Positions 61,991 through 64,000 of a DNA stretch of 64,000 bases are shown piece by piece (the stretch's first letter is position 1; each line of letters begins with the position of its first letter). A program made the translations under genes and the position numbers. The stretch is taken from positions 2,296,001 through 2,360,000 of the forward strand of contig CM075992.1 of NCBI GenBank assembly GCA_038087875.1. The letters are read 5' to 3'. Source of the DNA: Malacoraja senta (taxonomy: Eukaryota). The notes beneath the pieces were generated by a model. The model saw only the letters and a list, made by a program, of their open reading frames with translations. It made no database searches and was not told where the DNA came from.

Positions 61991-62164
61991 GTTGTAAGTG
62001 GCCCTGGGACTTGAAATACAGCCATGGTCAGCAAGGGATCAATGAGGGTGGCAGTGTGGAGTTGTTACCCCACAGAGCAGAGGAGAAAGGCACTGGAACT
62101 AAGAGGCGTTGCAGGCGGGGTGGGTTGTATCATTTAAAGTGATACATTGAGTAATTATGGGGCA

Positions 62165-62183
62165 GTGCTACCATCTGCTGGCA
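62165..62183 (-). promoter_or_regulatory. Candidate CTCF-binding motif
   Basis: Minus strand tgccagcagatggtagcac, one mismatch from CCAGCAGATGGCAGCA; lies in apparently unique DNA. Confidence 0.35.
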
Positions 62184-62348
62184 GTCATGTGTAACGCATG
62201 CTTAATCCATGACCATTTATTTTTGTTTTGTTTAGACCCATAGAGCTATGGAACTATACAGCACGGAAGCAGGCCCTTCGGCCCACGTTGTCAATACTGA
62301 CCAAGTTGCCATATTGGTATAGCCCCATTTGCCTGCATTTGGCTCTCT

Positions 62349-62522
62349 GTGGGTGCGTGTTTGTGTGTACGTATGTGTTGGTGTGTGTGTGTGTGTCTGT
62401 GAGTACGTGTGTGTGTGTGTACGTATGTGTTGGTGTGTGTGTGTGTGTGTATGTGAGTACGTGTGTGTGTGTGTGTGTGTATGTGTGTGTGTATGTGAGT
62501 ACGTGTGTGTGTGTGTGTATGT
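62349..62522. repeat. Compound (GT)n microsatellite
   Basis: Direct observation. Confidence 0.95.
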
Positions 62523-62590
62523 TCTAGATCTGTGCAGTAAAGCCTAGTATCCAATTGTCTTCGACTTCCTGTCTATTGGACCAACCTTGA

Positions 62591-63100
62591 GTTCAGTTCA
62601 GTTTAATTTATTGTCACGTGTACCGAGCTACAGTGAAAAGCTTTTGTTGTGTGCTAACCAGTCAGCGGAAAGACAATACATGATTATAATCGAGCCATTT
62701 ACAGTGTACAGATACATGATAAGGGAATAACGTTCAGTGCAAGGTAAAGCCAGTAAAATTGGATCAAAGATAGTCCGAGGGTCCCCGATGAGGTTCAGCA
62801 CTGCTCTCTGGTTGTGGTAGGATGGTTCAGTGACAGCTGGGAAGAAACTGTCCCTGAATCTGGAGGTGTGTGTTTTCACACTTCTGTACCTTTTGCCCGA
62901 TGGGAGAGGGGAGAAGAGGGAGTGACCAGGGTGTGACTTGTCCTTAATTATGCTGCTGGCCTTGCCGAGGCAGCGTGAGGTATAAATGGAGAAGGGAGGT
63001 TGGTTTGTGTGATGGTCTGGGCTGTGTCCACAATTTGCTGCAATTAATGGCAGTCTGGGATGGAGCTGTTCCCAAACCAAGCTGTGATGGTTCCCGATAA
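62591..63100 (-). mobile_element. Rex1-like LINE 3' end
   Basis: SRCLGKASSIIKDKSHPGHSLFSPLPSGKRYRS..FRDSFFP. Confidence 0.85.
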
Positions 63101-63273
63101 ATTGGCATCAAGTTCATGGGATGATAGGGTTAATACCGGAAAGCAGCACTGAGGTAAAAGATGAACCAGGTTCTCATTGAGGTGCCTCCACTAATAACCA
63201 TATAACCATATAACCATAACAGCACGATAATGTGCAACTCCACTCCTGGACTGAAACTCCTGGACTAATAAAA

Positions 63274-63999
63274 TATATTAATGATTTGAACGGGGGAATT
63301 GAATGCAACATCTCCAAGTTTGCGGATGACACGAAGCTGGGGGGCAGTGTTAGCTGTGAGGAGGATGCTAGGAGGCTGCAAGATGACTTGGATAGGCTGG
63401 GTGAGTGGGCAAATGCATGGCAGATGCAGTATAATGTGGATAAATGTGAGGTTATCCACTTTGGTGGCAAAAACAGGAAAGTAGACTATTACCTGAATGG
63501 TGGCCGATTAGGAAAAGGGGAGATGCAACGAGACCTGGGTGTCATGATGCACCAGTCATTGAAAGTGGGCATGCAGGTGCAGCAGGCAGTGAAGAAAGCG
63601 AATGGTATGTTAGCATTCATAGCAAAAGGATTTGAGTATAGGAGCAGGGAGGTTCTACTGCAGTTGTACAGGGTCTTGGTAAGACCACACCTGGAGTATT
63701 GCGTACAGTTTTGGTCTCCTAATCTGAGGAAGGACATTCTTGCCATAGAGGGAGTACAGAGAAGGTTCACCAGACTGATTCCTGGGATGTCAGGATGTTC
63801 ATATGAGGAAAGACTGGATAGACTCGGCTTGTACTCGCTGGAATTTAGAAGACTGAGGGGGGATCTTATAGTAACTTACAAAATTCTTAAGGGGTTGGAC
63901 AGGCTAGATGCAGGAAGATTGTTCCCGATGTTGGGAGAGTTCAGAACAAGGGGTCACAGTTTAAGGATAAAGGGGAAATCTTTTAGGACTGAGATGAGA
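63274..63999 (+). mobile_element. CR1 LINE RT segment, open frame running off the window end
   Basis: YINDL..ISKFADDTKLGG..LQDDLDRL..WQMQYNVDKC..LVRPHLEYCVQFWSP. Confidence 0.95.
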
Positions 64000-64000
64000 A

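Overview
Repeat-dominated, apparently intronic or intergenic vertebrate DNA. The repeat content (tRNA-headed V-SINEs resembling elasmobranch HE1, CR1-type LINE 3' ends, Penelope-like elements, L2, Rex1-like, RTE) points to a cartilaginous fish, probably a skate or ray; this is an inference from recalled repeat families, not a database match. No host protein-coding exon could be identified with confidence, and nearly all listed ORFs are retroelement fragments or repeat artefacts. Two self-cleaving-RNA signals stand out. (1) A ~126-140 nt TSD-flanked, (AAG)n-tailed retroposon (3 near-full copies plus 1 fragment) whose first ~54 nt fold by eye into a minimal HDV/CPEB3-like ribozyme; in the best copy the element starts exactly at the predicted cleavage-site G1. 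(2) More than 10 minimal hammerhead cores in Penelope-derived mini-elements, one with a compensatory stem change. Also present: a bipartite RTE derivative, a 1.1 kb minisatellite derived from the Penelope motif with higher-order structure, an isolated perfect 23-bp inverted repeat 1.6 kb apart, and many nested insertions. Repeat boundaries are by eye and approximate unless a TSD is quoted.
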